The notes under the pieces: model-generated | Databases searched by the model: none | Seen by the model: only the letters and a program-made list of their open reading frames with translations | What the model was told of the DNA's origin: nothing | Shown: piece after piece, positions 10,290 through 19,167 of the stretch | How positions within the stretch are numbered: the first letter of the stretch is position 1 | Layout of the letters: each line of letters starts with the position of its first letter | From: Coraliomargaritaceae bacterium | GTDB taxonomy: Bacteria > Verrucomicrobiota > Verrucomicrobiia > Opitutales > Coraliomargaritaceae | Assembly: GCA_965656495.1 (NCBI GenBank) | Contig: CBFHKU010000001.1 | Span: 50,781-114,780 of the forward strand | Length of the DNA stretch: 64,000 nt | Direction of reading: 5' to 3' | Made by a program: the position numbers and the translations under genes

Positions 10290-12275
10290 ATGAGCGTTTA
10301 TACGGAGCAGAATAGCGCGGGCTCTTGGAAGGAGCGGATCTGTAATTTTTTGCAGGGGCGCAAGGTGCATGCGCATCAGCACGCGACGGAGGACTGGCGA
10401 GTCCTTGGCTCTTTGGCGTTGATTTGTGGTTTGCTGGGTCTGGTGGCTTGGTTGCTGGAGGCGCAGAGCGATTTACCGGGCACCTGGGTGGTGGCGTTGT
10501 ATGTGCTTGCAATGCTGGCGGGCGGCTGGGACGCGCTGGTGGATGTGAAGGCGGGTTTACCGAAGGGGGAATTGGACATTCATTTTTTGATGGTTGCGGT
10601 CGCGCTGGGGGCGGCCTCGATTGGAGCGTGGAATGAGGGCGTCCTTTTGCTGTTTCTTTTTTCGCTTTCGGGCGCCTTGGAGGCCTTTGCCTCGGATCGT
10701 ACCCGCAAGGAAATTGACAGCTTGTTCAAGGACGCGCCGAAGGTGGCATGGGTGCGGGATGCCGCCGGTAATTTTACGGAAATACCGGTCGAGGCGGTGG
10801 CGCCCGGGGCGGTCATTCAGGTAAAGCCTGGGGCGGTTTTTCCGGTGGATGCGGAAGTCCTCACGGGGCAAAGCGCGGTGGATGAATCGACTTTGACGGG
10901 GGAGGCGAATCCGGTTTCGAAGGCGGCGGGGGATGCGGTTTACAGTGGCACTTTGAATTTATGGGGAACGGTGGAGGCAAGGGTGGTGCGGCGGGTCAAT
11001 GAGAGCGCCCTGCAAAAAGTGATTCATTTGATCCACAAGGCGCAGCATTTGAAGGCTTCCAGTCAGCGCTTCACGGATCGCTTTGGGACGGGTTACACCC
11101 TGCTGGTGTTGGTGGTGACGGGTCTGATGTTTTTTGTATGGTGGTTGGGATTCGGGATTCCCGCCTTTGAAAATACGGCGGGGACGCGTTCGGCGTTTTA
11201 CCGCGCCATGACTTTGTTGGTGGTGGCGAGTCCCTGTGCGCTGGTGCTTTCGATTCCGTCTGCGATTCTGGCGGCGATTGCCTGGGGGGCGCGGCACGGG
11301 ATCCTGTTCCGGGGCGGGGTTGCGATTGAAAAATTGGTGGAGGTCGATCTGGTGTGTTTTGACAAGACCGGGACGCTCACAACTGGTGAGATGTCGGTGG
11401 AACGGATTGAGAGTTTTCCGGCGGGTCGGGAACGAGAAGCGGCGGAGTTGGCGTATTCATTGGAATCACAGGGTTCGCACCCGATCGGGCGGGCGATACA
11501 ACGCTACGGGAAGGAGCAGGGTTTGAGTGCGCAGGCTATTGAGGGTTTTCGAGCGATGAGCGGGATGGGGGTCGAGGGTCGTGACGGGGAAGCGCTTTGT
11601 GTGCTCGGGCGGCGGGAAATGTTACTGGAGGGGCCGATGGCGGCGCGGGTGCGGGAAGTTCCGGAACCACCGGCGGAATTTGTGGAGAATTGGATTTGCC
11701 GGGGCGATTTGGTGGCGCGGATTTTATTGCGTGACACGGTCCGGGATGAATCGCGGGGGATATTGGAGCGTTTGCGGGATTTGGGAATACGCACCGTGAT
11801 GCTGACCGGGGATCGTCGGGAGACCGCAGAAGCGGTGGGTGCGAAGCTCGGAATCGAGGAAGTGCAGGCCGAATTAAAGCCGGAGGACAAAGTGGCGTTG
11901 GTGGTAGCGTATTCAAAGAAAGGATACAAAGTGGCGATGCTGGGTGATGGGGTGAATGACGCGCCGAGTTTGGCGGCGGCGTATGTCTCGGTGGCGATGG
12001 GGATGCGCGGGAGTGATGCCGCCCTTGAACAGAGCGAGGTGGTTTTGATGCGCGACCGCATCGATAATTTTCTGGCGGCGCGTTACCTGAGTGAGCGCGC
12101 CAGTTCCGTGATTCGACAGAACGTGACGATTGCGCTGGGGACGGTGCTGTTGATGACCCTCGCGGCGGTGCTTGGATGGATTCCGCTGAGTGTGGGGGTG
12201 GTGGCGCATGAGGGCAGTTCTGCGGTGGTGTGCCTGAACAGTTTAAGGCTGTTGTTTCTGAAGTCCGGGCAGTGA
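10290..12275 (+). CDS. Heavy-metal P1B-type ATPase, P1B-4 subclass signature
   Basis: LTGE, SPC in TM6, DKTGTLT, HP, GDGVNDAP, HEGSS. Confidence 0.9.
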   Translation: MSVYTEQNSAGSWKERICNFLQGRKVHAHQHATEDWRVLGSLALICGLLGLVAWLLEAQSDLPGTWVVALYVLAMLAGGWDALVDVKAGLPKGELDIHFLMVAVALGAASIGAWNEGVLLLFLFSLSGALEAFASDRTRKEIDSLFKDAPKVAWVRDAAGNFTEIPVEAVAPGAVIQVKPGAVFPVDAEVLTGQSAVDESTLTGEANPVSKAAGDAVYSGTLNLWGTVEARVVRRVNESALQKVIHLIHKAQHLKASSQRFTDRFGTGYTLLVLVVTGLMFFVWWLGFGIPAFENTAGTRSAFYRAMTLLVVASPCALVLSIPSAILAAIAWGARHGILFRGGVAIEKLVEVDLVCFDKTGTLTTGEMSVERIESFPAGREREAAELAYSLESQGSHPIGRAIQRYGKEQGLSAQAIEGFRAMSGMGVEGRDGEALCVLGRREMLLEGPMAARVREVPEPPAEFVENWICRGDLVARILLRDTVRDESRGILERLRDLGIRTVMLTGDRRETAEAVGAKLGIEEVQAELKPEDKVALVVAYSKKGYKVAMLGDGVNDAPSLAAAYVSVAMGMRGSDAALEQSEVVLMRDRIDNFLAARYLSERASSVIRQNVTIALGTVLLMTLAAVLGWIPLSVGVVAHEGSSAVVCLNSLRLLFLKSGQ

Positions 12276-12342
12276 TGCGGCGGCGGGCGGACTTTTTGCG
12301 TTTGCCATTCTGCGCCTCTGCGGCAAAGACCTTTGTGAATAC

Positions 12343-13860
12343 ATGACACAGGAGAATAACCAACACGAAGGCACGCACGATCTTTTCGCAGTGCGGATGC
12401 AGAAGCTGGAGCAGTTGCAGTCGGAGGGGCGCAATCCCTTTGCGGCGAATTGCGAACAGAGCCACACCACCGAGGCGGCGCTCGCTGCCTATCAGGAAGG
12501 CGCGGACGATGCCGAACAACCCCTCGTGAAAGTAGCGGGTCGCATCGTGGTTTTCCGCGTGATGGGCAAAGCCAGTTTTATCAAGATTCAGGATCGCGCC
12601 GGGCAGATTCAGGCCTACGTGACGCGGGATGAATTACCGGAAGGGGAATACAATACTTATTTCAAGAAGCTCGACCTCGGAGACATCATCGGGGTGGAGG
12701 GTCGGCTCTTCAAAACCAAGACCGGGGAAATCACGGTGCGGGCGACCGCCTATACGCTGGTCTCCAAGGCGCTGCGACCCTTGCCGGAAAAATGGGCGGG
12801 GCTTTCGGACGACGAGAAAATTTATCGCCAGCGTTATCTCGATTTGATCGTAAACCCCGACTCGCGGCAACGCTTCAAGCAACGTGCCGGCATCATCAAG
12901 GCGATGCGGGAATACCTTTGGGAGCGGGATTTCACGGAGGTGGAAACACCGGTCCTGCAGGGCGTGGCGGGCGGCGCGGCGGCGCGGCCCTTTGAGACGC
13001 ATTTCAACGCGCTCGATTGCACCTTTTATATGCGCATTGCGCTGGAGCTGTATTTGAAACGGCTCCTGGTGGGCGGCGAGGAACGGGTTTTTGAAATCGG
13101 GCGGGTCTTCCGCAATGAGGGCTTGTCGCGCCGGCACAACCCCGAGTTCACGATGCTCGAACTCTATGAGGCCTACACGGATTTTCGCGGCATGATGACC
13201 CTCACGCAGGGCCTGATCCAGCACGTCGCGCAAAGCGTGATTGGGAGCCTGGAGATTCCGCGCCCCGACGGTACCGTGATCAACCTCGCTGGTGAATGGC
13301 GCGAGGCGAAGTATAAGGATTTGATCGTGGAGGCGACCGGGGATCCGGAGTGGTTCAGCCACAGCCGCGAGGTGAAACTCGAAAAAGCCCGTGCCATGGA
13401 AATTGAAGTGGACGGAGCTTTGGAGGATTACGAAATCACCAATAATGTCTTTGAAAAACTCATTGAGCCGACCTTGATCCAGCCCACCTTCGTGACGCAC
13501 ATACCGAGGGAGTTGTGTCCGCTCGCCAAGATCACGGAGGATGACCCCAGCACGATTGACGTCTTTGAGTTGTGCATCAACGGGCAGGAAATCGCACCGG
13601 CTTACTCCGAGCAAAACGACCCGGTCATTCAAAAGCAGATGTTCCTCGAACAAGTGGGCGAGGAAGTGCAGGACATGGATATGGATTTCATCACCGCGCT
13701 GGAACACGGCATGCCGCCCGCGGGGGGAATGGGGCTCGGGATCGACCGCCTTGTGATTCTCCTGACCGGTGCGGAAAGTATTCGGGACACGATTCTTTTC
13801 CCGAGCCTGCGTCCTTTGAAACAGGGTGCCGGGGAGTCCGGTCCCGAGACGGAATCCTAG
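12343..13860 (+). CDS. lysS: Lysyl-tRNA synthetase, class II
   Basis: YRQRYLDL, GGAAARPF, FRNEG...HNPEF, GMPPAGGMGLGIDRL. Confidence 0.97.
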   Translation: MTQENNQHEGTHDLFAVRMQKLEQLQSEGRNPFAANCEQSHTTEAALAAYQEGADDAEQPLVKVAGRIVVFRVMGKASFIKIQDRAGQIQAYVTRDELPEGEYNTYFKKLDLGDIIGVEGRLFKTKTGEITVRATAYTLVSKALRPLPEKWAGLSDDEKIYRQRYLDLIVNPDSRQRFKQRAGIIKAMREYLWERDFTEVETPVLQGVAGGAAARPFETHFNALDCTFYMRIALELYLKRLLVGGEERVFEIGRVFRNEGLSRRHNPEFTMLELYEAYTDFRGMMTLTQGLIQHVAQSVIGSLEIPRPDGTVINLAGEWREAKYKDLIVEATGDPEWFSHSREVKLEKARAMEIEVDGALEDYEITNNVFEKLIEPTLIQPTFVTHIPRELCPLAKITEDDPSTIDVFELCINGQEIAPAYSEQNDPVIQKQMFLEQVGEEVQDMDMDFITALEHGMPPAGGMGLGIDRLVILLTGAESIRDTILFPSLRPLKQGAGESGPETES

Positions 13861-14474
13861 AGGAGGTTGGTCGGGAGGTTTTCCGATTCGCCTGCTTCAA
13901 CGGTTTCCGTTGCGGCAGCGGTGGTGCTTTGGAGTCCGGCAGCGGCACGTTCGAGGCCGTGGGTATTGAAGGCTTCGCCGCCGAGTTCCGCTTCGAGGAG
14001 GAGCGCTGCGAGAGAGAGGGCGGTTTGCCAGGCACGCCGGGAATCGTAGTCGTAGCTCTGTCCGGCAGTGATGCCACGGGCGATGTCCTCCCAGAGCGCC
14101 TTCCAGTCGGAATCAAAGCGTTGGGTGAGGGGATTATCGACGGCTTTGCGCCAGTGAAGGAGGGCTTTGCTGGCGGGTCGTTCCGCGAAGGTCTGCCGCA
14201 GCGTTTGCAAAATATCGTTGAGGGCTTCGAGGGGTTCGCGTTCGGAATGAGGGAGGTAGGTGGCGGCCTCCGGGAGCCATTCGATTTCGCGGGCGACGGT
14301 TTCGAGGAGTCCCTCAAAGCTGGAGAAATAACGATAGATGAGGACCTTGTCGGCGCCGGCGCGTTTTGCGATGGTATTGACGCCGAGCTCGTCGCAACCC
14401 TTCTCGCTCAAATGGGCGACCACGGCATCGACGAATTTATTTTCAGTACGGGAGCGGGAACGGGTTTGTGGCAT
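13857..14474 (-). CDS. TetR/AcrR family transcriptional regulator
   Basis: N-terminal HTH LGVNTIAKRAGADKVLIYRYF. Confidence 0.85.
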   Translation of the reverse strand: MPQTRSRSRTENKFVDAVVAHLSEKGCDELGVNTIAKRAGADKVLIYRYFSSFEGLLETVAREIEWLPEAATYLPHSEREPLEALNDILQTLRQTFAERPASKALLHWRKAVDNPLTQRFDSDWKALWEDIARGITAGQSYDYDSRRAWQTALSLAALLLEAELGGEAFNTHGLERAAAGLQSTTAAATETVEAGESENLPTNLL

Positions 14475-14492
14475 GTAGCGGAGGGTGCGTCG

Positions 14493-14954
14493 CTAACGGG
14501 CGATATCGTTTTGCCCGATGACTTTGATTTGATGCCGTTGAAGGGTTTCGGCGGCGAGTTCGTTGTCTTCGAGGCTGAGGGCGAGGGCGTAGCGACCGCG
14601 TGGCCGCACGAGGAAGGGGTAAACGTAGTGGATGTTGATCTCCGCCTGTACGAGGGCACTGGTGACGGTCTTGAGCAGGGATTCGTCCTCGATCTCCACT
14701 GCGATGAGCCCGCTTTGAACATAGGAAAAATTGTGTTCGACGAGCAGGTTCTGCGCTTCTTCGGGATAGTCCACAATGAGGCGAATGATGGAGCTGTCGG
14801 TGGTATCAAGAATCGAGAGCGCCATGATATGCACTTCGCGCACCGCAAACAGGCTGATGAGTTCATTCAAGCGTCCGACTTTGTTATCGGCATGAATGGA
14901 AAATTGGACAACGGGCCGGTAGGGGTTGGGTTCCTGTAGCACTTCAGCGCTCAT
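14493..14954 (-). CDS. ACT-domain protein (two ACT-like repeats)
   Basis: [13 protein letters not shown] and second repeat [12 protein letters not shown]. Confidence 0.75.
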   Translation of the reverse strand: MSAEVLQEPNPYRPVVQFSIHADNKVGRLNELISLFAVREVHIMALSILDTTDSSIIRLIVDYPEEAQNLLVEHNFSYVQSGLIAVEIEDESLLKTVTSALVQAEINIHYVYPFLVRPRGRYALALSLEDNELAAETLQRHQIKVIGQNDIAR

Positions 14955-15018
14955 AATTTAAGACTATGAGCCATTCGCGCGCATCTTGCACTATTTTTTT
15001 GCGCGGGCCTTAGGCGGA

Positions 15019-15906
15019 CTACTCGACGTTTTGCACTTGTTCCCGAATGCGCTCCAGGATGTTTTTGCCCTCCAGAACGGCGCGGGTGATCTCAATGGAG
15101 CTGGATTTGCTGCCGGTGGTGTTGAGCTCACGATTGATCTCCTGACAGAGGAAATCCATTTTGCGCCCGTGGGCATCCTTGGAATCGACAAAGCTGCGGA
15201 ATTGGTCGAGGTGGGCGTCGAGGCGGGTGAGCTCTTCGCTGATGTCGGAACGGTCCGCAAAAAGGGCGAGTTCCTTGAGGAGGCGTTCGTCGTGGAGGTC
15301 GATTTCAAGGCCGAGTTTCTGGAGGCGCTGGAGGAGGTTGTCGCGTTGTTGCGCGGCGGCAGATTGGGCATCTTGAGCGATTCCCCGGCATTGCGCCTCG
15401 AGATCCTTCAATTGCTGGAGGATATCCTTGGCGAGGGCGGCGCCCTCGGTTTGGCGCATGGCGTTCAGGTCATCAAGGGCAGTTTGAAACGCGGTCTTGA
15501 GGGTGGGCTCCAGGTCGCGCCAATCGGGTAAAGCGGAATCCTCCTTGAGGGTTTTGGCGAGGTTGAGGAGCAATTCGCTGCTGACTTCGAAAGGGAAATC
15601 GTTCTTTTCGGCATACTGGCGGAGGCGTTCAACGCTGGCATCGAGGCTCGCCTCATCCCAGTGCAATCCGTTTTTGGAGGCGCTGTCTTTCGCCGCTTCG
15701 ATTTTTAGATGCACATTGATGCGCCCGCGCTGGACGCCCTCGCGCAACCAGCCTTGGCAGGTCTGCTCGAACCCGTTCCATTCACGCGGGGCGTGGACAT
15801 GGGCGTCCAATGATTTGCGGTTCACGGCTGACAATTCGAATGTCGCGGTGAGACCCAGTTTGGGATCGGTGGCCGTTCCGCGGCCGTAACCTGTCATACT
15901 GCGCAT
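15019..15906 (-). CDS. yicC: YicC/YloC family endoribonuclease
   Basis: MRSMTGYG start, DISEELTRL, GRKMDFLCQEINRELNT, IREQVQNVE. Confidence 0.92.
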   Translation of the reverse strand: MRSMTGYGRGTATDPKLGLTATFELSAVNRKSLDAHVHAPREWNGFEQTCQGWLREGVQRGRINVHLKIEAAKDSASKNGLHWDEASLDASVERLRQYAEKNDFPFEVSSELLLNLAKTLKEDSALPDWRDLEPTLKTAFQTALDDLNAMRQTEGAALAKDILQQLKDLEAQCRGIAQDAQSAAAQQRDNLLQRLQKLGLEIDLHDERLLKELALFADRSDISEELTRLDAHLDQFRSFVDSKDAHGRKMDFLCQEINRELNTTGSKSSSIEITRAVLEGKNILERIREQVQNVE

Positions 15907-15950
15907 GTGAGCTATCATTCAAAAGGGCCTCGCTATTGCAATCCCAAGCT

Positions 15951-16838
15951 TTAGGGCAATGGCACGACCTCGGAATTACTGGCGAGGAGGATAAAGGTAA
16001 GGCTAAAGGCGTTAAAGAGGGCGTGAAAGCAGATTGCCATGCGGAGGCTGCCTTCCTTTTCGTAAATATGCGCGAGGAGGATGCCTACCACGATGAGCGG
16101 GCCAAAGGAAGCGAGATTGCCGTGAATGATGGCAAAGATCACCCCGCTGATGAATTGCGCGAAAGGGATGAGGGTCTTGCTTTTAAAGAAGCGATAGATG
16201 CAACCCCGGAAGAGGATCTCCTCGACATAGGGCGCGAGGAGGACTGCGGAAAGGGCGAGGAGAGTGATCAGGACCGGGCTTCCGCCACTGCTGAAAAGTT
16301 CGACGATTTCCTGCGGCGGGGTGGCATCGACAATACCGATGGACCGCAAACCGGAGAGGACCACATTCCAGAGGATGCTCGCGAGCCAGATGAGGGGCAG
16401 GTAGCGGAGGAAAAAGGGCAGGGTTTGGCGCAGCGCTTGCAGCCAGGGGTAGAGCTTGTTTTCAAAGGCTCCGGAAAATTGATTTGGGTAATAATTGCGC
16501 AGGCCGAGGATGATGAAGAGCGCGGGAAATTGTAGTAGTAAAATGGATACGAGCGCGTATTTTGGCGTCAGTTTTTCCGGTATTTCGGATTCGATTATTC
16601 CGGTGGCGCTCAGGACGCTGAAGCCGAGGATTTGGCACAGGTAGATTCCCACGACGAGGGCGCAAAGAAAGATGCCGAAGTTGATCCAGCCGATGGGCCA
16701 TGCGGCGAGGGGTTCGTGTTCCTGAATGGCTTGCTTGGGGGCGAGCCAGCGGGCGAACCAGAGCGCGAGACTGCCGCCTAGGACGCCGAGAAAGAGAAGC
16801 GTCAGGAGGATCGCGGGAAGATCGGGAGCGGGGGGCAT
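15951..16838 (-). CDS. CPBP (CAAX/Abi) family intramembrane metalloprotease
   Basis: APYVEEILFRG, FAIIH, HALFN; multiple TM segments. Confidence 0.9.
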   Translation of the reverse strand: MPPAPDLPAILLTLLFLGVLGGSLALWFARWLAPKQAIQEHEPLAAWPIGWINFGIFLCALVVGIYLCQILGFSVLSATGIIESEIPEKLTPKYALVSILLLQFPALFIILGLRNYYPNQFSGAFENKLYPWLQALRQTLPFFLRYLPLIWLASILWNVVLSGLRSIGIVDATPPQEIVELFSSGGSPVLITLLALSAVLLAPYVEEILFRGCIYRFFKSKTLIPFAQFISGVIFAIIHGNLASFGPLIVVGILLAHIYEKEGSLRMAICFHALFNAFSLTFILLASNSEVVPLP

Positions 16839-16841
16839 GAA

Positions 16842-18146
16842 TTAGGCGGTAATGGCGTTTCCGTCAAAAACCTGACGACCCCCAACATAGGTGCCTTTGA
16901 CACGACCCCGCAGGCTGCGTCCGTTCCAGGGGCAGTTGCGCGAGCGGCTGAAGCATTGTTCCGGGTCCACGGTCCAGGCTTCGTCGGGGTCAAGGATGCA
17001 GATATCGGCGGGTGCGCCGGCGCTGAGGGTACCGGCGTTCAGTTTGCAGAGTTCCGCGCCCTTGTGGGTCATGAGGGCAATGACATGAGAGAGTGAGCAA
17101 CGCCCGCTGTGGTAGAGGGTTTCGAGGGTAGCGGCGAGGGCGTTCTCGAGGCCAATGATGCCGAAGGGGGCGTAATCAAATTCCTGATCTTTCTCGGTGG
17201 GGCTGTGGGGGGCGTGGTCGGTGGCGATACAGGCGAGGGTTCCGTCGCACAGGCCTTCGATAAGGGCTTCGCGGTCGGCCTCGGTGCGCAGGGGCGGATT
17301 CATTTTATAGAGGGTATCATAATCCTCGAGGCAGGCGTCGGTAAATTCGATATGGTGGGGGCTCGCCTCGCCGCTGACCGGAATACCGCGCGCGATCGCC
17401 CGGCGCAGGATGTCGACCGAGGCGGCGGAGCTCACGTGTTGCATATGGATGTGGGCTCCGGTGAGTTCCGCGAGGATGACGTTGCGGGCGACGATGATAT
17501 CCTCGGCGGCTTTGGGCCAACCGCGCAGGCCGAGCTTGAGGGACCACTCGCCCTCATTCATGACGGCGCCTTCGGTGAGACTGGCGTCCTGGCAATGATC
17601 CATCACGGGGAGGTCAAACATGTGGGCGTATTCCACCGCGCGGCGCATGATTTCGTTGCTTTGCACGCATTTGCCGTCGTCCGTGACCGCCACGATGCCG
17701 GCTTCCTTGAGTTGTCCGGTAGGCGCGAGTTGTTCGCCATTCATGCCGATTGTGAGGCAACCGGTGGTGTAAACGCGGATCACGGCGCTGCGGCGAACCG
17801 TGTCGACAATGCGTTGGATCGTACCGGCGTTGTCGCAGACCGGATTGGTGTTGGGCATGCAGACCACCGAGGTGTAACCGCCTGCGGCGGCGGCCTCACT
17901 GCCACTTTGGATGCTTTCCTTGTGGGTTTGACCCGGATCGCGGAAATGCACGTGGATGTCGACCAGACCCGGCGCGACCACCTGACCGGTTGCGTCCACT
18001 TTGTGGGCGGCGGTCTTTTGCGTATCGCTCAAGGCATCGACGAGGATGCCGTCGACCGCGAAGAGGTCGGCGGATTCGTCGCGTTTATTGGCGGGGTCGA
18101 TGACGCGCCCGCCGTGGATCCAGAGAATGTTTTGGGTTTCGCTCAT
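16842..18146 (-). CDS. pyrC: Dihydroorotase
   Basis: DIHVHFRDPG, MPNT, KMNPPLR, ATDHAPH; 4-bp overlap with pyrB. Confidence 0.93.
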   Translation of the reverse strand: MSETQNILWIHGGRVIDPANKRDESADLFAVDGILVDALSDTQKTAAHKVDATGQVVAPGLVDIHVHFRDPGQTHKESIQSGSEAAAAGGYTSVVCMPNTNPVCDNAGTIQRIVDTVRRSAVIRVYTTGCLTIGMNGEQLAPTGQLKEAGIVAVTDDGKCVQSNEIMRRAVEYAHMFDLPVMDHCQDASLTEGAVMNEGEWSLKLGLRGWPKAAEDIIVARNVILAELTGAHIHMQHVSSAASVDILRRAIARGIPVSGEASPHHIEFTDACLEDYDTLYKMNPPLRTEADREALIEGLCDGTLACIATDHAPHSPTEKDQEFDYAPFGIIGLENALAATLETLYHSGRCSLSHVIALMTHKGAELCKLNAGTLSAGAPADICILDPDEAWTVDPEQCFSRSRNCPWNGRSLRGRVKGTYVGGRQVFDGNAITA

Positions 18147-19102
18147 GCGGGCAGTTTGATTTTCAGGCCTCGGTGATGGCAGTGGCAGAGGTGGAGCACC
18201 GCCATTCGGACGAGGATGCCGTTGGTGACTTGTTCGAGGATGACAGATTGGGCGGAGTCTGCGAGTTCGGAGTCGATTTCGACCCCCCGGTTAATGGGGC
18301 CGGGGTGCATAATGAGGGCGCCCGGTTTGAGCCATTTGGCGCGGGCTTTGTTGAGGCCAAAGATGCGAGTGTATTCCCCGATGGAGGGGAAGTGGGTGGA
18401 AGTCTGGCGTTCGTGCTGGATGCGGAGGAGCATCACGGCGTCCGCGTCTTCGAGGGCGGGTTGCAAGTCGTGGCACACGCGGACGCCCATCGCGCGGAAA
18501 CCTTCCGGGACGAGGGTGCTGGGACCTGCGATGGTGACTTCTGCGCCGAGTTTCTGGAGGCAGATGATATTGGAACGGGCGACGCGGCTGAAGAGGATGT
18601 CGCCGAGGATCGTGACTTTTTTACCGTCGAGGGGCCCCAGTTTATCGATGAGGGTGAAGGCGTCGAGGAGGGCTTGGGTGGGGTGGGCATGGGAACCGTC
18701 ACCGGCGTTGATGACGGGGATGTCGATGACTTTGCTCAGGTAGTTGGGCGCGCCGGAGGCGGAGTGGCGCATGATAATGATGTCGGCCTGCAGGGCTTTG
18801 AGGTTGGCGGCGGTATCGCGGAGGCTTTCGCCTTTGGTGAGGCTACTGGCGGCGGCTGAGACCGAGATCGTATCGGCGGAAAGGTTTTGGGCGGCGGCTT
18901 CGAAGGCGAGGCGGGTGCGGGTGCTCGGCTCAAGGAAGAGGTTAACGACGGTGCGCCCCTCCAGGTAGGCTTGTTTCTTGTCCTTTTTTTGGAGCGCTTT
19001 TTTAAAGGCGCCGGCGGCCTGAAAAATAGTTTCAATTTCCGCCCGGCTGAGCGGTTTTAAGTCGATGAGGTCCTTGCGGTTCCAATCTAAATTTTGACTC
19101 AT
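18143..19102 (-). CDS. pyrB: Aspartate carbamoyltransferase catalytic subunit
   Basis: FLEPSTRT, INAGDG, HPTQALLD, LRIQHER, MHPGPINRG. Confidence 0.96.
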   Translation of the reverse strand: MSQNLDWNRKDLIDLKPLSRAEIETIFQAAGAFKKALQKKDKKQAYLEGRTVVNLFLEPSTRTRLAFEAAAQNLSADTISVSAAASSLTKGESLRDTAANLKALQADIIIMRHSASGAPNYLSKVIDIPVINAGDGSHAHPTQALLDAFTLIDKLGPLDGKKVTILGDILFSRVARSNIICLQKLGAEVTIAGPSTLVPEGFRAMGVRVCHDLQPALEDADAVMLLRIQHERQTSTHFPSIGEYTRIFGLNKARAKWLKPGALIMHPGPINRGVEIDSELADSAQSVILEQVTNGILVRMAVLHLCHCHHRGLKIKLPA

Positions 19103-19167
19103 GTAATAGGATGTCCCTGTAAAAGGTTTTCTTTAGATGGCGGTTTGTGGGGCGAAGGGCAATGAAA

